DNA from: Eledone cirrhosa
Lineage: Eukaryota
Assembly (NCBI GenBank): GCA_964016885.1
Contig: OZ024740.1
Location: 23,932,001-23,996,000, forward strand
Direction: 5' to 3'
Length of the DNA: 64,000 nucleotides
Shown here: positions 1 through 12,752 of the stretch, in pieces
How the letters are laid out: each line of letters opens with the position of its first letter
Numbering within the stretch: position 1 is the stretch's first letter
Made by a program: the position numbers and the translations under genes
Notes under the pieces: model-generated
Seen by the model: only the letters and a program-made list of their open reading frames with translations
What the model was told of the DNA's origin: nothing
Database searches by the model: none

Positions 1-251
1 TCATTTATTTATTTGTTTATTTACATGTTACTGGTTGGTTGTTTGTTCTATGTGTGTGTGTGTATTCATTTTGTCCTTAATTGTAAGTTGTGATGTTGCT
101 GTTCCACTCATATTTTCTATTTAATTTTGGTTGTAATTCTTTTAGTTGTAATTCTTTCAACACACGATTTCAGATAAAGAATCTTGCTAAACAAATTCAG
201 AAACGAAATATATATATATATATATATTGGATTATTATTTAACAGTCGATA

Positions 252-392
252 CAGCATAGTTCATGGTTAAGATGTTTGCTTCATAATCATAAGGCTACGG
301 GTTCGACCGTATTGCGTGGAATATTGCGCAAATGTCCATGCCTTGTGGTGAGGCAATTGAACTTTGGCAGATGGAGATGGTTTGGAAGCCCT
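252..392 (+). mobile_element. Degenerate tRNA-derived SINE (5' part)
   Basis: A-box-like TAGTTCATGG and B-box-like GGGTTCGACC, followed by ...GCGTGG...GCAAATGTC...GCCTTGTG...GGAAGCCC. This resembles an abundant octopus SINE body as I recall it; not searched. Confidence 0.55.
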
Positions 393-499
393 TCATGTGG
401 GCTCTACCTTTGGTTTAAAGTGCCAGCCTTGCTATATGGCATATCATGCTTTATATTCCTGAGTATTACTATAAACCTAGATGTTTGTGTGGAAGGAGC

Positions 500-790
500 A
501 CTCATGTCGAAATCGACGGAGAACCATTCCGCTCACTCATACAACATTTTGAAAATGATGTACTACATACAAACAATGTATGCCTCTGGTTCACTCTTAA
601 CCACGCTGCGGAAGATTTGGCAAAAAAAATGGCGGATAACACTTGGTAAAATTTCGTCATTCGAGAACCGTAAACTGTAAGAATATCATTGCATATCTTG
701 CAAAGCTTGCTGTCTACCAAACTGCAATCGACCCATTTGAACACTTGTCAAAAGGATTTACATCTACGTTAAGGAATCAGCATATCTTCC
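500..790 (+). pseudogene. Highly decayed hAT (Charlie/SPIN, GTF2IRD2-like) transposase fragment
   Basis: Pieces from different frames read PFRSLIQH..DVLHTNNV..W / TLRKIW / LAKLA / STHLNTCQKDL. Their order matches the family pattern QFRSLL..D.LYHT.VRWLS...LKRVW...LADLAF...THLN.LN..LQ. Frameshifts and stops are present. Confidence 0.4.
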
Positions 791-939
791 AATTCTAAAC
801 AAATAGTTTTGTACACACTTTTACCACGGAGACAGTTTCCACATTCTATATTTCACTTCATCTATTTAACACATAACTTACTGCATTAATAGCTAGAGAT
901 AATAGAACATCAACGGTTGTGTCGGTGCGTTGATGTTCT

Positions 940-1163
940 CTCTCTTTCACTCACTACTTCCGTCTCTCTCGCTCTCTCCATTTCTCACTATTATAAGCAA
1001 ATGGGAGCCCATGTTCTGGCCGTCTCGTGGCCGTCTCGTGGCCCCAGTGGACAGAATTAGAGAAGGTTTTACTTCGAGGGATGATGAGGGAGACATGTTG
1101 GAAGAGTCATTCCAACTCGCGAGGTTCACTCCCGTGTGTAGCCAACTTCGTGCCGATGGTGGT
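940..1163 (-). repeat. Unclassified dispersed repeat, copy 1
   Basis: The reverse complement aligns colinearly with 55450-55640: ACCACCATCGGC...TTGGCTAC.CAC...GTGA.CCTC.CGAG...TCATCATCC...CCTTCTCTA...CCCATTTGCTTATAATAG.GAGA.ATGG. Confidence 0.8.
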
Positions 1164-1389
1164 TCTAGGGCAAAGGACACTGGCAGTCTCCATTTCCATC
1201 TCGTGCCAAACTGATCACAAAAGTCAAATCTCTGACATTTGATCACACCTGTCTCATCACCTGGTAACCTTACACACAGCTGCAAATGTGTATGACAGCT
1301 CACATCTATGCAGGTTTAGCTGGCCTCGTCCAAGGTATATCTCGTTGGAGGTGTCTTGGGTGATTTAATGATAGGGACCGAAGGCATAT

Positions 1390-1526
1390 CATCTCATTTC
1401 TACAGCTGAATAAACTGGAGCAACGTGTCTTGCTCAAGGAAACAACACATCACCCAGTCCGAGAATTGAACGCACAAACTTTCGATTGCAAGCCCAATGC
1501 TCTAACCACTGAGCCATACACCTTCA
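1390..1526 (-). mobile_element. tRNA-derived SINE (5' half)
   Basis: The minus strand has A-box TGGCTCAGTGG and B-box GTTCAATTC, then CCTTGAGCAAGACAC...TTGCTCCAGT...CAGCTGTAGAAATGAG. Confidence 0.8.
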
Positions 1527-1784
1527 TGTACCTTTAGTTGATTAAAACCAACAGTTTTATTGACAATATCACTTCCAGTAATATCAAATAATATTCACTA
1601 GTCTTAGCCCTTTATCATCTACACTCCAAAACTGCAATATCTAGAGTGTTGTTCGTTCAAAACGTTAGGATGTGATTTGAGGTATATTTGCATGTTATCT
1701 CTAGCAACTATCGCATCCACCAAAATACTGCTTCATTGTTTAGTTGATTAGGAAAGGTTGTTATCAATATCTTTCTGGTTGATA

Positions 1785-4010
1785 GTGTTGGTGGCGCTCG
1801 TGGTGGTGTTGGTGGTGTTGTTGGTGTTGGTGGTGTTGTTGGTGGTGTTGTTGGTGGTGTTGTTGGTGGTGTTGTTGTTGGTGTGTGTTGTTGTTGTTGG
1901 TGGTGGTCGTGGTTGTGGTTGTGTTGTTGGAGGTGTTGGTGGCATTGATGGCGGTTGTGGTGTTGTTGGTGGTGTTGTTGGTGGTGTGTGTTGTTGTTGT
2001 TGGTGGTGGTCGTGGTTGTGGTTGTGTTGTTGGAGGTGTTGGTGGCATTGGTGGCGGTTGTGGTGTTGTTGGTGGTGTTGGTGGTGGTGTTGGAGATGTT
2101 GGTGGTGTTGGTAGTGGTTATGGTTGTGGAGTTGGAGGTGTTGGTGATGTTGGTGGTGGTTCTGGTTATGTTGTTGATAGTGTTGGTGGTGGTTGTGGTT
2201 GTGTTGTTGGTGGCGGTTGTGTTGTTATTGGTGGTGTTGGTAGTGGTTGTGTTTATGTTGTTAGTGGTGTTGGTGGTGGTTGTGTTGTTGTGTGTGATGT
2301 TGGTGGTGGTCGTGGTTATCTTGTTGGTGGCGGTTGTGTTGTTGTTGGTGGCGTTGGTGGTGGTTGTGTTTATGTTGTTGGTGGTGTTGGTGGTGGTTGT
2401 GGTTGTGTTTTTGGCGGTGTTGGTGGTGGTTGTGTTGTTGTTGGTGGTGTTGGTGGTGGTTGTGGTTATGTTGTTGGTGGTGTTGGTGGTGGTTGTGGTT
2501 GTGTTTTTGGCGGTGTTGGTGGTGGTTGTGTTGTTGTTGGTGGTGTTGGTGGTGGTTGTGGTTGTGTTGTTAGTGGTGTTGGTGGTGGTTGTGTTGTGTT
2601 TTTGGCGGTGTTGGTGGTGGTTGTGTTGTTGTTGGTGGTGTTGGTGGTGGTTGTGGTTGTGTTGTTGGTGGTGTTGGTGGTGGTTGTGGTTGTGTTTTTG
2701 GCGGTGTTGGTGGTGGTTGTGTTGTTGTTGGTGGTGTAGGTGGTGGTTGTGGTTGTGTTGTTAGTGGTGTTGGTGGTGGTTGTGGTTGTGTTTTTGGCGG
2801 TGTTGGTGGTGGTTGTGTTGTTGTTGGTGGTGTTGGTGGTGGTTGTGGTTGTGGTGTTGGTGGTGGTTGTGGTTGTGTTTTTGGCGGTGTTGGTGGTGGT
2901 TGTGTTGTTGTTGGTGGTGTTGATGGTGGTTGTGGTTGTGTTGTTGGCGGTGTTGATGGTGGTTGTGGTATTGGTGGTGGTTGTGTTGTTGTTGGTGGTG
3001 TTGGTGGTGGTTGTGGTTGTGGTGTTGGTGGTGGTTGTGGTTGTGTTTTTGGCGGTGTTGGTGGTGGTTGTGTTGTTGTTGGTGGTGTTGGTGGTGGTTG
3101 TGGTTGTGTTGTTGGCGGTGTTGGTGGTGGTTGTGGTTGTGTTGTTAGTGGTGTTGGTGGTGGTTGTGTTGTGTTTTTGGCGGTGTTGGTGGTGGTTGTG
3201 TTGTTGTTGGTGGTGTTGGTGGTGGTTGTGGTTGTGTTGTTGGTGGTGTTGGTGGTGGTTGTGGTTGTGTTTTTGGCGGTGTTGGTGGTGGTTGTGTTGT
3301 TGTTGGTGGTGTAGGTGGTGGTTGTGGTTGTGTTGTTAGTGGTGTTGGTGGTGGTTGTGGTTGTGTTTTTGGCGGTGTTGGTGGTGGTTGTGTTGTTGTT
3401 GGTGGTGTTGGTGGTGGTTGTGGTTGTGGTGTTGGTGGTGGTTGTGGTTGTGTTTTTGGCGGTGTTGGTGGTGGTTGTGTTGTTGTTGGTGGTGTTGATG
3501 GTGGTTGTGGTTGTGTTGTTGGCGGTGTTGATGGTGGTTGTGGTATTGGTGGTGGTTGTGTTGTTGTTGGTGGTGTTGGTGGTGGTTGTGGTTGTGGTGT
3601 TGGTGGTGGTTGTGGTTGTGTTTTTGGCGGTGTTGGTGGTGGTTGTGTTGTTGTTGGTGGTGTTGGTGGTGGTTGTGGTTGTGTTGTTGGCGGTGTTGGT
3701 GGTGGTTGTGGTATTGGTTGTGGTTGTGTTGTTGTTGGTGATGTTGGTGATGTTGGTGGTGGTTGTGGTTGTGTTGTTGGCGGTGTTGGTGGTGGTTGTG
3801 GTTGTGTTGTTGGCGGTGTTGGTGGTGGTTGTGGTATTGGTTGTGGTTGTGTTGTTGTTGGTGATGTTGGTGATGTTGGTGGTGGTTGTGGTTGTGTTGT
3901 TGGCGGTGTTGGTGGTGGTTGTGGTTGTGTTGGTGATGATGCTGGTGGTTGTGTTGTTGTGGTGGTGACGATGGTGTTGTTGTTGGTGGTATTAATGGTA
4001 ATGTTGTTGT
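1785..4010. repeat. Compound (GGT/GTT/TGT)n trinucleotide low-complexity array with an internal 575-bp duplication
   Basis: The + strand is almost only G and T. Rare variants (GGTGTAGG, GTTGATGG, GGTATTGG) recur 575 bp apart, and identical ORF translations start at 2589/3164 and 2740/3315. Confidence 0.95.
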
Positions 4011-4364
4011 TGACGGTGCTGTTTGTGTTGCTAATATATACATATGTAGATACAGTTGTTATTGCTATTCTTGTTATTCTCATTGTCGTTGATGTTGTTC
4101 TTAATGATAACTCCGCATGCAATATACTTATACGTTTACAATTAGTAATAACATATAAAAAAATAATGAACAAATAACAACAACAAAACACAACAACAGC
4201 AATAACAAAAACAAACAACACATTCCCTAAATACATAAATATGATTTAAATGTAGTGCGTAATAGGAAAAAATATAAAATATAATGAAGGAAGCCAATTT
4301 AAGTTAAGCAAATTATTATTTAACGTTTGTAATGGGTAATTGCAGTGTAAGACACGTAGTTTAA

Positions 4365-4468
4365 CACATACATATACAGCCACGCACATATATACATGTA
4401 TATCCGTATATATATATGCCATATCTATATTAAATATATATATATCTATATATATGCCATATCTATAT

Positions 4469-4531
<63 letters not shown>

Positions 4532-4562
4532 GTGTATACATATATATATGTATATGTATATA

Positions 4563-4640
<78 letters not shown>

Positions 4641-4867
4641 TACATATAAATATACAATTACATTTATATATATATACACATGTATATACGCATATATATA
4701 TATACAAATATATATATATACTTATATATACGTATATATATATATATTTATATAAATGTAATTGTATATTTATATGTATATATATATATATATATTTAAT
4801 ATAGATATGGCTTCTACAGGACTGGGATAAACATTTATATATAAAATGATATATTTATAAGTATATG

Positions 4868-4933
<66 letters not shown>

Positions 4934-5497
4934 ACATACATATATATGAATATATGTACATAATATTTAATAAAAAATTATGTAGATGTTTATATAAAAT
5001 TCAGATGTACTTATACACATGCATGTATATAGGTGTATAATATTAACATATATATTATCACATATGTCTCTATACATATCAACATATATATATATATATA
5101 TATACGTTATTGAGTTGGCTGTGCTAAATAACACATTACAGTACACAGCTATGATTGTGAGTATGTATGTATGTATTTACCTATCCATATGCATGTATGT
5201 ATGTATTTTCTTGTGTATGTGTGTGTATGCACACATGTATGTTTTTATCTATTCTTCATCAATCTATCTAACAATCTGTATATGTATATTTACATACACA
5301 TATAGACACAAGATAACAAACACTCTCACACTCATCATATATATATGTGTATATATATATGTATACAAATATATAGATTTATATACATGTGGGCATGCAT
5401 GCATAGGCATTTGGATATGTGTGTGTGTGTGTATAAATGGCACTGTGGTGCATCTAATGTAAGTGATGTATATATGTATATATGTATATTTATATAC

Positions 5498-5584
<87 letters not shown>

Positions 5585-5590
5585 AATATA
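4365..5590. repeat. (AT)n/(CT)n microsatellite-rich tract containing an inverted duplication
   Basis: Long (TA)n runs. The unique words GCCATATCTATATTAAA (4456) and AAATATACAATTACATTTATA (4648) recur as reverse complements within 4751-4811. Confidence 0.9.
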
Positions 5591-5789
5591 TATTAGAATT
5601 TTAATTTAGTCCAGAAATAGCCGTCGAAACGGCTTGAGCTCTGCCGTCGGCGTCATACTTTTTCCTATTTCCCACTCTACTATCCTAAGTATTGAGTACT
5701 CTGGTGCATTATGGTCCATCTGGTTTCTTACCACAATTCCTTTGTTATATAATATATATATATATATATATATGTAACACATGTATATA

Positions 5790-5871
<82 letters not shown>

Positions 5872-5884
5872 ACACATGTATATA

Positions 5885-5929
<45 letters not shown>

Positions 5930-5975
5930 AAATAAGATAAATAAGTTAAATGTTTAAAATTTAGCTTCGTTTATT

Positions 5976-6030
5976 ACCTCTATATATATTTCGGTGACAG
6001 CCATCTTTGGCTGTGACCTCTTCAGGCAGT
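5976..6030 (-). ncRNA. Type I hammerhead ribozyme, inverted copy with weakened stem I
   Basis: Reverse complement of 6182-6236 with identical core and stem II. The 3' strand of stem I reads GAGGT instead of GCAGT (one mismatch, one wobble). Confidence 0.65.
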
Positions 6031-6176
6031 TCGAATTACTGTGGTATAGACAAGTACATATGTCATATGATTCCAGTTTCTCAGTGAAATAACAACCCAA
6101 CAAGGAACTGGGCATATCAGAGTATTGACAAAATTATACACCTCAACAACATATGAACTTGTCTATACCACAGTAA

Positions 6177-6246
6177 TTCGAACTGCCTGAAGAGGTCACA
6201 GCCAAAGATGGCTGTCACCGAAATATATATAGCAGTAATAAACGAA
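6177..6246 (+). ncRNA. Type I hammerhead ribozyme (intact core)
   Basis: Stem I ACTGC(6182-86)/GCAGT(6232-36); core CTGAAGA (6187-93); stem II GGTCACAGCCA-AAGA-TGGCTGTCACC (10/11 bp); GAAA (6220-23); short palindromic stem III (ATATATAT); AUA triplet with predicted cut after 6231. Possible distal stem I TTCG(6177-80)/CGAA(6243-46). Confidence 0.8.
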
Positions 6247-6429
6247 GCTAAATTTTAAACATTTGACTTTTTATTTAACTTTATTTTACATTACTCCGGA
6301 ATAACCAAATCAACCTGCGCACTTCGTCGAGTGCTCCAGCCTGCATACTGAGTGTTGGTATACAACCAACATATACTCAATATATATATATATATATGTA
6401 ACACATGTATATACATATATGTGTGTGCG

Positions 6430-6964
6430 TGTGTGAGTGTGTGTGTATGTGTGTATCATGTAGCCATATGCTCTCATGTATGCGTGTGTGTGAGTGCGTG
6501 TGTATGTATATCATATAGTCATCTCCTCTCCTATATATATATATACGTGTGTGTGTGAGAGTATGTGAGTGTGTGTGTGTATATCATATAGCCACATGCT
6601 ATCATATATATATGTGTGTGTGTGTGAGAGTGTGTTTGTAGATCAATTAGCCACATACTCTCCTATATGTCTGTGTGTGAGTGTGTATGTGTGTGTGTGT
6701 GTGTATATGTGTACATCATGTAGCCATGTCCCCCTCTATATATATGTGTGTGTGTGTGTGTATGTATATGTGTGTATCATGTAGCCAAGTCCTCCCCTAT
6801 ATATGTGTGTGTGTGTGTATGTATATGTGTGTATCATGTAGCCATGTCCTCCCCTATATATGTGTGTGTGTGTATGTATATGTGTGTATCATGTAGCCAT
6901 GTCCTCCCCTATATATATATGTGTGTGTGTATGTATATGTGTGCATCATGTAGCCATGTCCCCC

Positions 6965-6995
<31 letters not shown>

Positions 6996-8146
6996 ATGTA
7001 TATGTGTGTATCATGTAGCCATGTCCTCCCCTATATATGTGTGTGTGTGTATGTATATGTGTGTATCATGTAGCCATGTCCTCCTCTATATATGTGTGTG
7101 TGTGTATGTATATGTGTGTATCATGTAGCCATGTCCTCCCCTATATATATATGTGTGTGTGTATGTATATGTGTGCATCATGTAGCCATGTCCCCCTCTA
7201 TATATATGTGTGGGTGTGTGTGTATGTATATGTGTATATCATGTAGCCATGTCCTCCCCTATATATGTGTGTGTGTGTATGTATATATGTGTATCATGTA
7301 GCCATGTACCCCTCTCTATATATGTGTGTGTGTATGTATATGTGTGTATCATGTAGCCATGTCCTCCCCTATATATATATGTGTGTGTGTGTATGTATAT
7401 GTGTGTATCATGTAGCCATGTCCCCCTCTATATATATGTGTGTGTGTGTATGTATATGTGTGTATCATGTAGCCATGTCCTCCCCTATATATGTGTGTGT
7501 GTGTGTATGTATATGTGTGTATCATGTAGCCATGTCCTCCCCTATATATGTGTGTGTGTGTGTGTGTATGTATATGTGTGTATCATGTAGCCATGTCCTC
7601 CCCTATATATGTGTGTGTGTGTATGTATATCTGTGTATCATGTAGCCATGTCCCCCTCTATATATATGTGTGTGTGTGTGTGTATGTATATGTGTGTATC
7701 ATGCAGCCATGACCTCCTCTATATATATGTGTGTGTGTGTGTGTATGTATATGTGTGTATCATGCAGCCATGTCCCCCTCTATATATATGTGTGTGTGTG
7801 TATGTATATGTGTGTATCATGTAGCCATGTCCTCCCCTATATATATATGTGTGTGTGTGTGTATGTATATGTGTGTATCATGTAGCCATGTCCCCCTCTA
7901 TATATATGTGTGTGTGTGTGTGTATATATATGTGTGTATCATGTAGCCATGTCCTCCCCTATATATATGTGTGTGTGTGTATGTATATGTGTGTATCATG
8001 TAGCCATGTCCCCCTCTATATATATGTGTGTGTGTGTGTGTGTATGTATATGTGTGTATCATATAGCCATGTCCCCCTCTATATATATGTGTGTGTGTGT
8101 GTATGTATATGTGTGTATCATGTAGCCATGTCCCCCTCTATATATA

Positions 8147-8179
<33 letters not shown>

Positions 8180-9715
8180 CATATAGCCATGTCCTCCCCT
8201 ATATATATATGTGTGTGTGTATGTATATGTGTGTATCATGTAGCCATGTCCTCCCCTATATATATATGTGTGTGTGTATGTATATGTGTGCATCATGTAG
8301 CCATGTCCCCCTCTATATATATGTGTGTGTGTGTGTGTATGTATATGTATATATCATGTAGCCATGTCCTCCCCTATATATGTGTGTGTGTGTATGTATA
8401 TGTGTGTATCATGTAGCCATGTCCTCCCCTATATATGTGTGTGTGTATGTATATGTGTGTATCATGTAGCCATGTCCTCCCCTATATATGTGTGTGTGTG
8501 TGTATGTATATGTGTGTATCATGTAGCCATGTCCCCCTCTATATATATGTGTGTGTGTATGTATATGTGTGTATCATGTAGCCATGTCCCCCTCTATATA
8601 TATGTGTGTTTGTGTGTGTATGTATATGTGTGTATCATGTAGCCATGTCCTCCTCTATATATGTGTGTGTGTGTATGTATATGTGTGTATCATGTAGCCA
8701 TGTCCTCCCCTATATATATATGTGTGTGTGTATGTATATGTGTGCATCATGTAGCCATGTCCCCCTCTATATATATGTGTGGGTGTGTGTGTATGTATAT
8801 GTGTATATCATGTAGCCATGTCCTCCCCTATATATGTGTGTGTGTGTATGTATATGTGTGTATCATGTAGCCATGTACCCCTCTCTATATATGTGTGTGT
8901 GTATGTATATGTGTGTATCATGTAGCCATGTCCTCCCCTATATATATATGTGTGTGTGTGTATGTATATGTGTGTATCATGTAGCCATGTCCCCCTCTAT
9001 ATATATGTGTGTGTGTGTATGTATATGTGTGTATCATGTAGCCATGTCCTCCCCTATATATGTGTGTGTGTGTGTATGTATATGTGTGTATCATGTAGCC
9101 ATGTCCTCCCCTATATATGTGTGTGTGTGTGTGTGTATGTATATGTGTGTATCATGTAGCCATGTCCTCCCCTATATATGTGTGTGTGTGTATGTATATC
9201 TGTGTATCATGTAGCCATGTCCCCCTCTATATATATGTGTGTGTGTGTGTGTATGTATATGTGTGTATCATGCAGCCATGACCTCCTCTATATATATGTG
9301 TGTGTGTGTGTGTATGTATATGTGTGTATCATGCAGCCATGTCCCCCTCTATATATATGTGTGTGTGTGTATGTATATGTGTGTATCATGTAGCCATGTC
9401 CTCCCCTATATATATATGTGTGTGTGTGTGTATGTATATGTGTGTATCATGTAGCCATGTCCCCCTCTATATATATGTGTGTGTGTGTGTGTATATATAT
9501 GTGTGTATCATGTAGCCATGTCCTCCCCTATATATATGTGTGTGTGTGTATGTATATGTGTGTATCATGTAGCCATGTCCCCCTCTATATATATGTGTGT
9601 GTGTGTGTGTGTATGTATATGTGTGTATCATATAGCCATGTCCCCCTCTATATATATGTGTGTGTGTGTGTATGTATATGTGTGTATCATGTAGCCATGT
9701 CCCCCTCTATATATA

Positions 9716-9748
<33 letters not shown>

Positions 9749-11284
9749 CATATAGCCATGTCCTCCCCTATATATATATGTGTGTGTGTATGTATATGTG
9801 TGTATCATGTAGCCATGTCCTCCCCTATATATATATGTGTGTGTGTATGTATATGTGTGCATCATGTAGCCATGTCCCCCTCTATATATATGTGTGTGTG
9901 TGTGTGTATGTATATGTATATATCATGTAGCCATGTCCTCCCCTATATATGTGTGTGTGTGTATGTATATGTGTGTATCATGTAGCCATGTCCTCCCCTA
10001 TATATGTGTGTGTGTATGTATATGTGTGTATCATGTAGCCATGTCCTCCCCTATATATGTGTGTGTGTGTGTATGTATATGTGTGTATCATGTAGCCATG
10101 TCCCCCTCTATATATATGTGTGTGTGTATGTATATGTGTGTATCATGTAGCCATGTCCCCCTCTATATATATGTGTGTTTGTGTGTGTATGTATATGTGT
10201 GTATCATGTAGCCATGTCCTCCTCTATATATGTGTGTGTGTGTATGTATATGTGTGTATCATGTAGCCATGTCCTCCCCTATATATATATGTGTGTGTGT
10301 ATGTATATGTGTGCATCATGTAGCCATGTCCCCCTCTATATATATGTGTGGGTGTGTGTGTATGTATATGTGTATATCATGTAGCCATGTCCTCCCCTAT
10401 ATATGTGTGTGTGTGTATGTATATGTGTGTATCATGTAGCCATGTACCCCTCTCTATATATGTGTGTGTGTATGTATATGTGTGTATCATGTAGCCATGT
10501 CCTCCCCTATATATATATGTGTGTGTGTGTATGTATATGTGTGTATCATGTAGCCATGTCCCCCTCTATATATATGTGTGTGTGTGTATGTATATGTGTG
10601 TATCATGTAGCCATGTCCTCCCCTATATATGTGTGTGTGTGTGTATGTATATGTGTGTATCATGTAGCCATGTCCTCCCCTATATATGTGTGTGTGTGTG
10701 TGTGTATGTATATGTGTGTATCATGTAGCCATGTCCTCCCCTATATATGTGTGTGTGTGTATGTATATCTGTGTATCATGTAGCCATGTCCCCCTCTATA
10801 TATATGTGTGTGTGTGTGTGTATGTATATGTGTGTATCATGCAGCCATGACCTCCTCTATATATATGTGTGTGTGTGTGTGTATGTATATGTGTGTATCA
10901 TGCAGCCATGTCCCCCTCTATATATATGTGTGTGTGTGTATGTATATATGTGTATCATGTAGCCATGTCCTCCCCTATATATATATGTGTGTGTGTGTGT
11001 ATGTATATGTGTGTATCATGTAGCCATGTCCCCCTCTATATATATGTGTGTGTGTGTGTGTATATATATGTGTGTATCATGTAGCCATGTCCTCCCCTAT
11101 ATATATGTGTGTGTGTGTATGTATATGTGTGTATCATGTAGCCATGTCCCCCTCTATATATATGTGTGTGTGTGTGTGTGTATGTATATGTGTGTATCAT
11201 ATAGCCATGTCCCCCTCTATATATATGTGTGTGTGTGTGTATGTATATGTGTGTATCATGTAGCCATGTCCCCCTCTATATATA

Positions 11285-11317
<33 letters not shown>

Positions 11318-12721
11318 CATATAGCCATGTCCTCCCCTATATATATATGTGTGTGTGTATGTATATGTGTGTATCATGTAGCCATGTCCTCCCCTATATA
11401 TATATGTGTGTGTGTATGTATATGTGTGCATCATGTAGCCATGTCCCCCTCTATATATATGTGTGTGTGTGTGTGTATGTATATGTATATATCATGTAGC
11501 CATGTCCTCCCCTATATATGTGTGTGTGCGTATGTATATGTGTGTATCATGTAGCCATGTCCTCCCCTATATATGTGTGTGTGTATGTATATGTGTGTAT
11601 CATGTAGCCATGTCCTCCCCTATATATGTGTGTGTGTGTGTATGTATATGTGTGTATCATGTAGCCATGTCCCCCTCTATATATATGTGTGTGTGTATGT
11701 ATATGTGTGTATCATGTAGCCATGTCCCCCTCTATATATATGTGTGTTTGTGTGTGTATGTATATGTGTGTATCATGTAGCCATGTCCCCCTCTATATAT
11801 ATGTGTGTTTGTGAGTGTATGTATATGTGTGTATCATGTAGCCATGTCCTCCTCTATATATATGTGTGTGTGTATGTATGTATATGTGTGTATCATGCAG
11901 CCATGTCCTCCCCTATATATATGTGTGTGTGTATGTATATGTGTGTATCATGCAGCCATGTCCCTCTCTCTATATATGTGTGTGTGTGTATGTATATGTG
12001 TGTATCATGTAGCCATGTCCTCCTCTCTATATATGTGTGTGTGTGTATGTATATGTGTGTATCATGTAGCCATGTCCTCCCCTATATATGTGTGTGTGTG
12101 TGTGTATGTATATGTGTGTATCATGTAGCCATGTCCTCCCCTATACATGTGTGTGTGTGTATGTATATGTGTGTATCATGCAGCCATGTCCCTCTCTCTA
12201 TATATGTGTGTGTGTGTATGTATATGTGTGTATCATGTAGCCATGTCCTCCTCTCTATATATGTGTGTGTGTGTATGTATATGTGTGTATCATGTAGCCA
12301 TGTCCTCCCCTATATATGTGTGTGTGTGTATGTATATGTGTGTATCATGTAGCCATGTCCTCCCCTATATATGTGTGTGTGTGTGTGTGTGTATGTATAT
12401 GTATGTATCATGTAGCCATGTCCTCCCCTATATATATGTGTGTGTGTGTGTATGTATATGTGTGTATCATATAGCCATGTCCTCCCCTATATATGTGTGT
12501 GTGTGTGTATGTATATGTGTGTATCATGTAGCCATGTCCTCCCCTATATATGTGTGTGTGTGTGTATGTATATGTGTGTATCATGTAGCCATGTCCTCCC
12601 CTATATATGTGTGTGTGTGTATGTATATGTGTGTATCATGTAGCCATGTCCTCCCCTATATATGTGTGTGTGTGTGTATATGTATATGTGTGTATCATGT
12701 AGCCTTGTCCTCCCCTATATA

Positions 12722-12752
<31 letters not shown>

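Larger units (their letters stand above)
5925..6380 (+). mobile_element. Penelope-like element remnant: inverted pLTR, direct pLTR and tail, between (TA)n tracts
   Basis: Inverted arms of ~140 bp (5925-6063 and 6149-6288) surround an 85-bp spacer. Each arm carries a hammerhead motif, and a unique 3' extension runs to 6380. Inverted pLTRs bearing hammerheads are characteristic of truncated PLE insertions. Confidence 0.7.

Noticed and set aside
276-1303. ORFs 276-680, 930-1214 and 947-1303 as host genes
   Set aside because: They overlap a SINE, a probable decayed transposase and a dispersed repeat. Starts are non-ATG and no domain is recognisable.
1748-4236. Gly/Cys/Val-rich, poly-Val, His/Gln-rich or Pro/Thr-rich proteins
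   Set aside because: Multiple frames on both strands are open only because the GGT/GTT repeat rarely forms stops. There are frameshifts, no convincing splice or start context and no domain.
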